NCBI GenBank assembly: GCA_944359625.1
Contig: CALVSW010000001.1
Location: 29,192 to 93,191 of the forward strand
Reading direction: 5' to 3'
DNA from: an uncultured Bacilli bacterium
Lineage (GTDB): Bacteria; Bacillota_I; Bacilli_A; RF39; UBA660
Length of the DNA stretch: 64,000 nucleotides
Part shown: piece after piece, positions 27,993 to 37,701 of the stretch
Position numbering within the stretch: position 1 is the first letter of the stretch
How the letters are laid out: each line of letters begins with the position of its first letter
The notes under the pieces: generated by a model
What the model saw: the letters and a program-made list of their open reading frames with translations, nothing else
Databases searched by the model: none
Told to the model about the DNA's origin: nothing
Translations under genes and position numbers: made by a program

Positions 27993-28553
27993 ATGAGAAA
28001 AAGAAATAATAGGTTAACTTTACTATCTTCAATAGCGCTTATGGGAGTGTTATTGGCTTTGAATCCATCTAAAAAAGAGGATATTTCAGAATTTAAAAGC
28101 GATGAAAGTACAAAAGAAAGAATTGGGGTAATTAGTCAAGAAAAGGTATCTGCTGATGAACTAAATTTTCCAAATAGTAGATACATAGATAATCAAAGTA
28201 TTTATAAATTTTTAATTAATAGTAAGTTACCATTTTGCAAAATAGATGATGAATATTATACTTTAAATGGTAATAAGATACTATTTTATATGGCTAAGGA
28301 ATATGCATTTCCAATTGAAATGGTAGTAACTGATGAAAATGGCAATAAAACTACTTATTTAGAACCACCAGAGGGATATAATTTAGTTGGTAATCAAGCA
28401 ATAAAATATGTAGAAAGAGCTACTGTTTTGCCAGATGATATGTTAATTCATCTTCAACAAGCTAATGAAATATCTGTAATAAATATTGTAGATTCAAAGC
28501 CTTATAGCAGTTTATTAGAAGAAGACTTATCTTTAAATTTAATAAAAAGATAA
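27993..28553 (+). CDS. Hypothetical secreted or membrane-anchored protein
   Basis: RBS agaggggg. N-terminal anchor LTLLSSIALMGVLLAL. 186 aa. Confidence 0.55.
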   Translation: MRKRNNRLTLLSSIALMGVLLALNPSKKEDISEFKSDESTKERIGVISQEKVSADELNFPNSRYIDNQSIYKFLINSKLPFCKIDDEYYTLNGNKILFYMAKEYAFPIEMVVTDENGNKTTYLEPPEGYNLVGNQAIKYVERATVLPDDMLIHLQQANEISVINIVDSKPYSSLLEEDLSLNLIKR

Positions 28554-28613
28554 GTCTTTTTATTTGCCTAGTTTTATAGACTCTGTTATAATTGATTTAG
28601 TGAAAGGAATAAT

Positions 28614-30710
28614 ATGGAATTACTTGCTAATTTAAATCAAAATCAAAAAAAAGCTGTGATGCATAAAGATGGACCTTGTTTAGTTCTAGCTGGAGCTGGT
28701 TCCGGGAAAACCCGAGTTTTAACTACAAGAATTGCTTATTTAATTGACCAAAATATTCCATCTTATAATATCTTGGCAATAACTTTTACTAATAAGGCTG
28801 CTAAAGAAATGAAAGAACGTGTAACTAATTTAGTTTCTCAACCTTTAAGTTTTATAGGAACCTTTCATTCTTTAGGAGTTCGTATTTTAAAAGAAGAGTA
28901 TAGTTATGTAAAACTAGATAAAAACTTTACCATTTTAGATAGTGATGATGTGTTAAGTGTTATAAAAAAGATTGAAAAAGAATTAAATATTGATCCTAAG
29001 TTTTGTGCGCCATCATATGTTCGTAATAGGATAAGTTTTATAAAAAATGAAAATTTATCTTCTATAGAAATAGAGAAGTATTTTAATACGGATGTTGAAA
29101 AAATGGTAGTAAAAATATATCAAGAATATTTACAAATTTTAGAAAAAAATAATTCTGTCGATTTTGATGATTTATTAAGACTACCAGTTAAGATATTTAA
29201 AGAAAATAAAGAAGTATTAGAAAAATATCAAGAAAGATATAAATATATTCTTGTTGATGAATATCAAGATACTAATGAAGTACAATATCAACTTATTAAG
29301 TTATTAGCATCTAAGTATCATAACTTATTTGTTGTAGGTGATGCTAATCAATCAATATATGGTTTTCGTAATGCTAATTTTAAGAATATTTTAAATTTTG
29401 AAAAAGATTATCAAAATTGTAAAATGATTACTTTAGAAGAAAATTATCGAAGTACGGAAAATATTTTAAAAATAGCTAATTGTGTTATTAAAAACAATAA
29501 AGAAAGAAAAGATTTAGAACTACATGGTGTATTAGGAGAAGGTATAAAAACAAAATATATTCGTTGTTTAGATGGTAAAGATGAAATAGAGACTATTTTA
29601 AAAGAAATAGATAGTCTAATAAATGAAGGTTATAATTATAAAGATATTGCTATTTTATATCGTACTAATGCCCAATCACGATTAGTAGAAGAAGTATTTT
29701 TAAAACATAATATTCCTTATCAAGTAGTAGGAGCTTATTACTTTTATCAAAGAAAAGAAATTAAAGACTTATTATGTTATTTAAAATTAATTAATAATCC
29801 AACAGATGATATTTCTTTAAGAAGAGTAATTAATGTTCCTAAACGAGGTATTGGAACAGTTTCCGTAGATAAATTAGAGATTTTAGCAAAAGAAAATAAA
29901 ACTTCGATGTTTGATGCTATAACTAGTGGTAAAGAATTAGAATTTAAAAATTTAATTCTTGATTTAATTGAAAGCGCTAAAAATTTATCTTTAACTGAGT
30001 TAATCGATGAAATATTAGAAAAAACACATATTAAAGAGGAACTTAGTAAAGAAAAAAATTTAGAAAATGAATTAAGATTAGATAACTTAGAAGAGTTTAA
30101 ATCAATAACAGCTTCTTTTGAAGAAAGAACAGGTTCTGTAAATTTAGATGATTTTTTAGATGAAATATCTTTAATTGCGGATATAAGTGAACATAAAAGT
30201 AATAATAATGGAGTTACTTTAATGACAATCCATAGTGCTAAAGGTTTAGAATTTCGATGTGTATTTTTAATAGGTATGGAAGAAGGAATATTTCCTCATC
30301 AAAATTCTTTATATGATTCTAGTGAAATTGAAGAAGAAAGAAGACTTTGTTATGTTGGTATTACAAGAGCAAAAGATAGGTTGTATTTAACTAATGCTAA
30401 AAGAAGAATATTGTATGGAAAAGAAGAACTTAATCCTGTATCACGTTTTATTGAGGAGATTAATCCTGATTTATTAGAGATAGTTGAAAATAATTTATTT
30501 GCAGATAATTATCCAAAGTATGTAGAAAATAATCATAATATTAACAAAGATAATGATAATATTTATCAAGCAGGGGATGTTGTTATGCATAATACTTGTG
30601 GTCGTGGTGCTGTTATTAATGTTGATGATAAGTTTGTAACTGTAGCTTTTTCTAAAAGATTTGGAATTAAAAAAGTATTAAAAGATTATAAAGGAATGAG
30701 GAGATTATAA
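28614..30710 (+). CDS. pcrA: ATP-dependent DNA helicase PcrA/UvrD family
   Basis: LNQNQKKAV, LAGAGSGKTRVLTTRIAYL, ILVDEYQDTN, VGDANQSIYGFRNA, TIHSAKGLEF, VGITRAK. Confidence 0.93.
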   Translation: MELLANLNQNQKKAVMHKDGPCLVLAGAGSGKTRVLTTRIAYLIDQNIPSYNILAITFTNKAAKEMKERVTNLVSQPLSFIGTFHSLGVRILKEEYSYVKLDKNFTILDSDDVLSVIKKIEKELNIDPKFCAPSYVRNRISFIKNENLSSIEIEKYFNTDVEKMVVKIYQEYLQILEKNNSVDFDDLLRLPVKIFKENKEVLEKYQERYKYILVDEYQDTNEVQYQLIKLLASKYHNLFVVGDANQSIYGFRNANFKNILNFEKDYQNCKMITLEENYRSTENILKIANCVIKNNKERKDLELHGVLGEGIKTKYIRCLDGKDEIETILKEIDSLINEGYNYKDIAILYRTNAQSRLVEEVFLKHNIPYQVVGAYYFYQRKEIKDLLCYLKLINNPTDDISLRRVINVPKRGIGTVSVDKLEILAKENKTSMFDAITSGKELEFKNLILDLIESAKNLSLTELIDEILEKTHIKEELSKEKNLENELRLDNLEEFKSITASFEERTGSVNLDDFLDEISLIADISEHKSNNNGVTLMTIHSAKGLEFRCVFLIGMEEGIFPHQNSLYDSSEIEEERRLCYVGITRAKDRLYLTNAKRRILYGKEELNPVSRFIEEINPDLLEIVENNLFADNYPKYVENNHNINKDNDNIYQAGDVVMHNTCGRGAVINVDDKFVTVAFSKRFGIKKVLKDYKGMRRL

Positions 30711-30711
30711 T

Positions 30712-31605
30712 ATGGATTTAGTAATTATGGCGGCTGGTATGGGAAGCCGTTTTGGAGGATTAAAACAGATTGAAAAATTTGGCCCTAATGGAGAGTTTCT
30801 TATTGATTATTCAATTTATGATGCTATTAAATATGGATTTAAAAGAGTAGTATTTATTATAAAAAAAGAAAATGAAGAAATATTTAAAAGTACTATTGGT
30901 AAAAGAGTAGAAAGTCATATACCTGTAGAATATGTTTTTCAAGATATGGAAGATATTCCCGTTAAATTAAGTGAAAATTTTGAAAGGATAAAACCATGGG
31001 GTACAGCCCATGCTATTTATTGCTGTCGCAATGTTGTAAAAGAAAATTTTGCTATTATCAATGCTGATGATTTTTATGGTGCTGATGCTTATCGTGCTGC
31101 TAGTGAATTTTTAAATAGCAATAAAGATGAGAAAACTTTTGGAATGGTAGGATATGAAATTAAGAATACTTTAAGTGAAACTGGTAGTGTTAAAAGAGGT
31201 GTTTGTAATTTCAAAGATGGTTATTTAACTAGTTTAACAGAATCTTCAGTTGCCAAAGAAGGTAAAGAAATTATTGCTAAACCTTTATCTGGAGAACCAA
31301 GTTTTAAAGTTGATGATAATTCTATTTGTTCAATGAATATGTTTTTATTTACACCATATATATTTAAAATTTTAGATAGAGAAATTATTAAATATTTTAC
31401 TGATAATAAAGATAATTTATTAGATGGTGAATTCTTAATACCAGATGTAGTCGAAGATTGTGTAAGAAAAGGTGAAGTAAAAGTTAAGTTAATGAAAACA
31501 ACTTCTAAATGGTATGGTGTAACTTATAAAGAAGATGCTTCTTACGTAAAGGATAATATTAATAAAATGATAACAAATGGGATTTATCCAAATAATTTGT
31601 GGTAG
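30712..31605 (+). CDS. Sugar-phosphate nucleotidyltransferase family protein
   Basis: N-terminal MAAGMGSRFGGLKQ (NTP-transferase G-rich loop), PWGTAHA, NADDFYG. Confidence 0.7.
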   Translation: MDLVIMAAGMGSRFGGLKQIEKFGPNGEFLIDYSIYDAIKYGFKRVVFIIKKENEEIFKSTIGKRVESHIPVEYVFQDMEDIPVKLSENFERIKPWGTAHAIYCCRNVVKENFAIINADDFYGADAYRAASEFLNSNKDEKTFGMVGYEIKNTLSETGSVKRGVCNFKDGYLTSLTESSVAKEGKEIIAKPLSGEPSFKVDDNSICSMNMFLFTPYIFKILDREIIKYFTDNKDNLLDGEFLIPDVVEDCVRKGEVKVKLMKTTSKWYGVTYKEDASYVKDNINKMITNGIYPNNLW

Positions 31606-31663
31606 TACATAAATTGACAATATTTTAAAAAGAAATAATTTATTATAATATTAAGGTGATAGA

Positions 31664-32413
31664 ATGATAGTATATCTTGACTTAGTATTTTTAATAAATT
31701 ATTTTTTTGATTGTTTATTATTAATTTTAGTAAATGTTACTTTAAAAAGAAATATATCAATAAAAAGAATACTTCTTACTTCTTTATTAGGAGAATTAGG
31801 GTTAGTAGGCATTTTTTTAGATAATATTTTTATTTTATTTATATTTAAATTAGTATTAGCTTTAATTTTAATAATAGTATGTTTTAAATATAAAGATATT
31901 TTATATACTTTAAATAATTTATTATATTTTTATATGGGAAGTATAATTTTAGGAGGTTTTGTATATTATTTAAAAATTAATAAGTTTAATTATTTATTAA
32001 TAATTATTAGTAGTCCTTTAATTCTATATTTATTTAATAAACAATTTAATTTATTTAAAGTTAATTATAAGGATTATTATAACGTAACAATATATTTTAA
32101 GAATTCTCGTTTTATTAAAGTAAGTGGTTATTTAGATACAGGAAATAAGTTAAAAGATCCTATAACAGGTAAAAATATTGTTTTATTAGATAAGAAACTA
32201 TTAAAAGGAGTAGTAAATATTCGAAGTCCTATCTATGTACCATATCATTCTTTAAATAATAGAGGTTTATTAAAATGTATTATTCCTTCTAAAATAGAAA
32301 TAGAAAATAAATTTAATGAAAATTTTTTATTAGGAATGATGGATGATAAAATTGGTATAAATGGTGTAGATTGTATATTAAATTTAGAAATAATGGAGAC
32401 TTTACATGATTAA
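31664..32413 (+). CDS. spoIIGA: Sigma-E processing aspartic peptidase SpoIIGA
   Basis: Multi-TM N-terminal half, then GYLDTGNKLKDPITGKNIVLL (DxGN active-site motif). Lies immediately upstream of sigE and overlaps it. Confidence 0.85.
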   Translation: MIVYLDLVFLINYFFDCLLLILVNVTLKRNISIKRILLTSLLGELGLVGIFLDNIFILFIFKLVLALILIIVCFKYKDILYTLNNLLYFYMGSIILGGFVYYLKINKFNYLLIIISSPLILYLFNKQFNLFKVNYKDYYNVTIYFKNSRFIKVSGYLDTGNKLKDPITGKNIVLLDKKLLKGVVNIRSPIYVPYHSLNNRGLLKCIIPSKIEIENKFNENFLLGMMDDKIGINGVDCILNLEIMETLHD

Positions 32414-33089
32414 AAAAATATTAGCTTGGTTAAGAAGTAAATATAATGAATTATTTTTCTTAGGAAGTGATGATAAATTACCACCACCTTTATCTAAAGA
32501 AGAAGAATTAAAATATTTAATTGAACTTAAAAGTGGTAATGATAAAGCTAGAGATGTTTTAATTGAACATAATTTAAGATTAGTAGTTTTTTTAGCTAAG
32601 AAGTATGAATCAACTGGTTATGATATGGAAGATTTAGTATCAATTGGTTCAATCGGTTTAATTAAAGGAATTAATACATATAAGATAGATAAAAATATTA
32701 AACTAGCTACTTATGCATCTCGTTGTATTGCTAATGAAATCTTAATGTATATTCGGAAAAATAAAAATAGAAAAACAGAAATAAGTTTAGAAGATGCTTT
32801 AAATTATGATCAAGATGGTAATGAATTACATTTAGAAGATGTTATGGGAACTCCTGATGATTTAGTGGTTAAAGAATTTGAAGAGACAGAAGAAAAACGT
32901 TTGCTTACTAAAGAAATAGAATTATTAGATGAAAGAGATAAAAAAATTATGATTATGCGCTATGGGTTATATAATACTAAAGAATATACTCAAAAAGAAG
33001 TAGCTGATAAACTTAATATTAGTCAATCATATATATCTCGTATTGAAAAGAAAGTTATTAATAATTTAAAAAATACTTTACAAGTTTAA
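32406..33089 (+). CDS. sigE: Sporulation sigma factor SigE (pro-sigma-E)
   Basis: LPPPLSKEEE...LIEHNLRLVVFLAKKY...IKLATYASRCIANEILMYIRK closely parallels Bacillus SigE. Position after spoIIGA. Confidence 0.9.
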   Translation: MIKKILAWLRSKYNELFFLGSDDKLPPPLSKEEELKYLIELKSGNDKARDVLIEHNLRLVVFLAKKYESTGYDMEDLVSIGSIGLIKGINTYKIDKNIKLATYASRCIANEILMYIRKNKNRKTEISLEDALNYDQDGNELHLEDVMGTPDDLVVKEFEETEEKRLLTKEIELLDERDKKIMIMRYGLYNTKEYTQKEVADKLNISQSYISRIEKKVINNLKNTLQV

Positions 33090-34177
33090 TATTTTATCGG
33101 TTTATTTTTAATCTCATAACTATAAGTATTAGTATTATTAATTAAATCATAAATAACGGCAGCATTTAATTCAGTATTATATATATAAGTATTTTTATAG
33201 TTATTATAATTTATATCTAATGATTTTAAATAATTTTGTCCTGTTTTATTAAAGCCTAAAACTCTTATATAAGTATCTGTTTTAGTATTTTTTTCAATAC
33301 CTAAAAGAATATGAATAAACATTCTATTAATACGATTATATGTATATCTTTTACTTTTAACTTTTACAATAAGTTCTTCTAAGTTATTAACTTGTTTAAT
33401 AACTTTTTTTAATCGATAATCTATTCCTTCTGTAACATCTAAATATTTATTTAAGTTATAATTATTAATAATAGCAAATTTTATTAATTTAAAGTAAATA
33501 TCTTTATTAGGTTTAATTATCAAATTATAATATGGAGTATATTTTTTAATATCTAAATTATTATCTATTTTATTTCTAATATTACTAGCACTTACAATAT
33601 TTTCGGTACTATTAGTATCATGATAACTACTAGTTCTTTTAATACTAATTGGTTTAATCTTTTTGTTTATTTTATTTATAGCTTTTATATATGATATACC
33701 TAGTAAATCATTTGGATTAATAGTGTTATTAACATTTAGTGCTTTAGCTAAAGAAGTAGGATAATTAAATCCTTTATCTAAATATTCTTTAACTTTATTA
33801 TTAAAATATTCATCTTCTTGTTTTTTAGCAATATTTTCTAGTATATTAATATCATTACACTCACTACCAAATACTAAAATATTTATTTTAAATTCATTTA
33901 AAATCTTAATTGATTCGTAGGCAAATATATCAGCAGCTTGCGTACCAAAGACACAAGGAAGTTCTAAGACTATATCGACATGATTTTCTAAAGCTAATTT
34001 TACTTTAGTTTCTTTAGTCATATAACTAATTTCTCCACGTTCTAGAAAATAGCCATTTAAAATTAAAATAATAATAGAATCGGGATAAAGTTCTTTTATT
34101 TTTTGAATCTGATATATATGACCATTATGTAAAGGATTATATTCTACGATTAAACTAATTATTTGCATTTTTTTCAC
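33086..34177 (-). CDS. tmcAL: tRNA(Met) cytidine acetate ligase (YlbM/UPF0348 family nucleotidyltransferase)
   Basis: IVEYNPLHNGHIYQIQKIKE N-terminal HxGH-type motif. Length 363 aa. Confidence 0.8.
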   Translation of the reverse strand: MKKMQIISLIVEYNPLHNGHIYQIQKIKELYPDSIIILILNGYFLERGEISYMTKETKVKLALENHVDIVLELPCVFGTQAADIFAYESIKILNEFKINILVFGSECNDINILENIAKKQEDEYFNNKVKEYLDKGFNYPTSLAKALNVNNTINPNDLLGISYIKAINKINKKIKPISIKRTSSYHDTNSTENIVSASNIRNKIDNNLDIKKYTPYYNLIIKPNKDIYFKLIKFAIINNYNLNKYLDVTEGIDYRLKKVIKQVNNLEELIVKVKSKRYTYNRINRMFIHILLGIEKNTKTDTYIRVLGFNKTGQNYLKSLDINYNNYKNTYIYNTELNAAVIYDLINNTNTYSYEIKNKPIKY

Positions 34178-34246
34178 CAGTTATATATTAACATATAAAG
34201 TATATTATTGATAATTTTTTTCATAATAAATATAGAAAGGAGTTAT

Positions 34247-34678
34247 ATGCAAGATAACGTTAATGTATTAGATGAAATAAATAAAGGTTCTTCAATGGGT
34301 ACGGATGCAGTTGATTGCGTATTAAAAAAAGTTGAAGATAAAAAGTTAAAGAAAGTATTAGAAGATTTACATAAAAAGTATGAAAATATTATAAGAAGAA
34401 TTAATAAAATTTATAATAAATATAATAAAGATAAAACCCCTCATGAAACTAATATGATGAATAAAGTTATGACATGGTATGGGGTAGAAATGAAAACGTT
34501 TAATGATACTAGTAATTCTAAAATAGCTGAATTAATTTTACAAGGTATTAATATGGGTATTATTGAAGGTAAAAAAATCTATAATAGTAAAAAAATGGAT
34601 ATGAAAGTAAAAAGTATTGTAAAAGAATATATTAATATGCAAGAAGAATATGTTGAAATATTAAAGAAGTTTTTATAG
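34247..34678 (+). CDS. Hypothetical helical protein
   Basis: RBS gaaaggag 7 nt upstream of ATG 34247. 143 aa. Followed by terminator agtgc-gta-ggcact plus T7. Confidence 0.55.
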   Translation: MQDNVNVLDEINKGSSMGTDAVDCVLKKVEDKKLKKVLEDLHKKYENIIRRINKIYNKYNKDKTPHETNMMNKVMTWYGVEMKTFNDTSNSKIAELILQGINMGIIEGKKIYNSKKMDMKVKSIVKEYINMQEEYVEILKKFL

Positions 34679-34760
34679 TGCGTAGGCACTTTTTTTAGTG
34701 AAATAATTGATATTTAGATAAGTTTATGCTATTATCTAAACGAAGGAAAGAAGTGATAAT

Positions 34761-36230
34761 ATGCGTGAATTTACTGATCAAGAAAAAGTAAGAAGAGATA
34801 CTTTAGAAACTTTAAGAACAATTATAAATCCATACCCAGATCATTTTGTTAGAACTCATGAAATTGCTGATGCAAGATTATTAGAAGATGGTACTACAGA
34901 TGTTAAGGTAGCTGGTAGAATAGTATTAATGCGTAAAATGGGGAAAATGTCATTTTTAACTATTCAAGATATTAAAGGTAAGATTCAAATTTCTATTAAA
35001 ATAGATATGGTTGGCGAAGAAGCTTACGATTTCTTTAAAAAATATATTGATATAGGAGATTTTATTGGCGTATGTGGTGAAGTATTTACTACCCATACAG
35101 GTGAAAAAACGATTAGGGCAGCTTCTTATGAATTTTTAGGTAAAGCCTTAAAACCACTTCCTGAAAAATTTCATGGTTTAACAGATACTGAAAGTATTTA
35201 TCGTTATCGTTATTTAGATTTAATTACTTCAGAAGAATCTCGTAATAAATTCTTATTTAGATCTAAATTTATTAAAAAGTTAAGAGATTATCTAGATAAA
35301 GAAGGTTATATTGAAATAGAAACCCCTATTTTAAATAATAAACCAAGTGGCGCTACGGCTAAACCTTTTATTACTCATCATAATGCTTTAGATATCGATT
35401 TGTATTTAAGAATTGCTCCTGAAACTTATTTAAAAAGAGCTGTAGTTGGTGGATTTACTAAAGTATTTGAAATAGCCCGTTGTTTTAGAAATGAAGGAAT
35501 GGATACAACTCATTTACAAGATTTTACAATGATTGAAGGATACGGTGCTTACTTAAATTATAAAGATAATATGAAATTTTTACAAAATATGTTACAAAGT
35601 ATTATTTTAGATTTATTTGGTACTTTAGAAATAAAAGTAGGAGATAAGTTAGTTGATTTATCTGGTACTTGGCCAGTTGTATCTTTTAGAGATTTAATCT
35701 TACAATATTCTAATATTGATATTAAAGTTTATAATACTAAAGAATCTTTATTAAATAAGATTAAAGAAGATAAAATAGAAATAGATTCTGAAACTCCGTT
35801 AGAAAATTTAGGTTATGGAAATTTAGTTGATCAATTATATAAAAAAGTAGCAAGACCTAATGTTATTGGTCCTATTTATTTAACAGAACATCCTATTGAT
35901 TTATCACCACTTGCAAGAGCTAATGATGATGATAAAACTATAACTGATAGATTCCAATTAGTAATAAATGGTGCTGAAATTATTAATGCTTATTCTGAAT
36001 TAGTAGATCCAGTAGATCAAGAACAAAGATTATTAAAACAAGCTGCATTAAAAGCTAATGGCGATGAAGAAGCTATGCCAATGGATTATGATTATATTGA
36101 GGCAATGGAATATGGTATGCCACCAATATCTGGTTGGGGCATGGGACTTGATCGCTTAGTTCAATTACTAACTAGTAGTGAAAATATTAAAGATGTAGTT
36201 ATGTTTCCATTAATGAAACCAAAAGATTAA
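34761..36230 (+). CDS. lysS: Lysine--tRNA ligase (class II)
   Basis: OB-fold N-terminus (VAGRIVLMRKMGKMSFLTIQD), YRYRYLDL, FEIARCFRNEG (motif 2), GWGMGLDRL (motif 3). Confidence 0.95.
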   Translation: MREFTDQEKVRRDTLETLRTIINPYPDHFVRTHEIADARLLEDGTTDVKVAGRIVLMRKMGKMSFLTIQDIKGKIQISIKIDMVGEEAYDFFKKYIDIGDFIGVCGEVFTTHTGEKTIRAASYEFLGKALKPLPEKFHGLTDTESIYRYRYLDLITSEESRNKFLFRSKFIKKLRDYLDKEGYIEIETPILNNKPSGATAKPFITHHNALDIDLYLRIAPETYLKRAVVGGFTKVFEIARCFRNEGMDTTHLQDFTMIEGYGAYLNYKDNMKFLQNMLQSIILDLFGTLEIKVGDKLVDLSGTWPVVSFRDLILQYSNIDIKVYNTKESLLNKIKEDKIEIDSETPLENLGYGNLVDQLYKKVARPNVIGPIYLTEHPIDLSPLARANDDDKTITDRFQLVINGAEIINAYSELVDPVDQEQRLLKQAALKANGDEEAMPMDYDYIEAMEYGMPPISGWGMGLDRLVQLLTSSENIKDVVMFPLMKPKD

Positions 36231-36253
36231 TTATAAAAAGGGGTTAATAATAT

Positions 36254-37138
36254 ATGTCAAAATATGATGAATATAATTATAATATAAAAATTGAAGAAAA
36301 TAATAAAATAGATAATATAAATAATATAAAATACATTAATGATGATTTTATATATAAAGAGGAAATTGACTATGTAAAAATAAATAAATATAATGATATT
36401 ACCAGTTTTAGTGACTTAATATCAAGTATTCAATCAGGAAGAAGAAACCGATCAAACAATTTAAGTGCTCAACAATTACAAACATCAAGACAATTACTTA
36501 GTGGTCAATCACAGCAACAAGGTCAAAGTCAACGTAGTATTAATCAAACTTCTATTTCACAGTCATCTACTCCACAAACAACTTCTCAGCAAACTTCTAC
36601 TTCGCAGACCACAGTTCAACAAACTACTGCTTCACAAACTATTACGTCACAGTCTACCACATCACAACAAACTTTAAATTCTAGAACGGCAACAACTGGA
36701 TGGAGTCCAACTAGTATTGCAGGCACTGTATATAAGTTTAATCGTGGTGTTGTTGGAATTGATAGAGATGGAAATGTAACTGAAAGAGTACTTGATGGTA
36801 CAAGGGATCATCATAGTGAAGTCACTGCAGAAATTGGAAATTTAACTAATCTTAGTCCTACTGAAAGGTATACTAGACCTTTTGAAAACGGTTTATTAGC
36901 TTCTGAAGGAGGAACACTTATAATTCAATTAGAAGGTGATTCTGCTTTAGTTTATTTGCCAAATGAATTAACTGAAGAACAATTAACTAAATTAAATTTA
37001 GAAATTACGCCTCGTAGTAATTTTGCTATTTCATTTACTCATAATGGTAATATTTATGAGGATGATAATATAAATGGGCAGGCGTTAATATCTTTTTGTC
37101 AAAATTTAGTAAGTAGGTTAAGTAGAAGTTCTCGATAA
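36254..37138 (+). CDS. Hypothetical protein with a Gln/Ser/Thr low-complexity linker
   Basis: 294 aa. Central SQQTSTSQTTVQQTTASQTITSQSTTSQQT tract. The C-terminal approximately 150-aa domain is unrecognised. Confidence 0.55.
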   Translation: MSKYDEYNYNIKIEENNKIDNINNIKYINDDFIYKEEIDYVKINKYNDITSFSDLISSIQSGRRNRSNNLSAQQLQTSRQLLSGQSQQQGQSQRSINQTSISQSSTPQTTSQQTSTSQTTVQQTTASQTITSQSTTSQQTLNSRTATTGWSPTSIAGTVYKFNRGVVGIDRDGNVTERVLDGTRDHHSEVTAEIGNLTNLSPTERYTRPFENGLLASEGGTLIIQLEGDSALVYLPNELTEEQLTKLNLEITPRSNFAISFTHNGNIYEDDNINGQALISFCQNLVSRLSRSSR

Positions 37139-37226
37139 ATTATATGATTAACTCTGTTATTAAACGGAGTTTTTATATTTTAATGACTTTAATAATATTA
37201 TTTGCTATAATTAAAATGGTGATAAT

Positions 37227-37643
37227 ATGAATAGTAAAGGTTTTACTCTAGTTGAATTACTTGCAGTATTAGTTATTTTAAGTTTATTAATTACAGTAGC
37301 TGTTCCCTCAGTAAATAAGATTATGTTAAATATTAATGAAGATATGTATTGTGAAAAAGTTACTAATATCGAAAATACTGCTAGATTGTATGCTGAAGAT
37401 TACTATATGGATCAAATTGCTATTGATGAAAAAATTATTAAAGATGATATTCCTCTAAGTATTTTAATTGAAAAAAGTTATCTTAGTAAGGATGAAGAAA
37501 CTTGTAGTTTAGGTAGTAGTGATAATCCTTGTATAATAGATCCTCGTGATGATACTGGTATGGATAATTTAACTTTTAGAGTTTATACTAAAAATCGTCG
37601 TATTTATGCATCAGTAAATTTTGATAAAAGTATGTGTGAATAA
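37227..37643 (+). CDS. Type IV pilin / pseudopilin-like protein (prepilin N-terminal methylation motif)
   Basis: MNSKGFTLVELLAVLVILSLL carries the canonical G/FTLVE class III signal. Confidence 0.8.
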   Translation: MNSKGFTLVELLAVLVILSLLITVAVPSVNKIMLNINEDMYCEKVTNIENTARLYAEDYYMDQIAIDEKIIKDDIPLSILIEKSYLSKDEETCSLGSSDNPCIIDPRDDTGMDNLTFRVYTKNRRIYASVNFDKSMCE

Positions 37644-37701
37644 TTGTTATTTTAAATAAATTATGTTACGATAGTATAACTTTAAAAAGGGAGGTGCTTA
37701 T

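Noticed and set aside
36465-36677. 70-aa alternative-frame ORF within the Q/S/T-rich protein gene
   Set aside because: It is a reading-frame artefact of the low-complexity caa/aca/tca repeat. The longer frame has an RBS and flanking non-repetitive domains.
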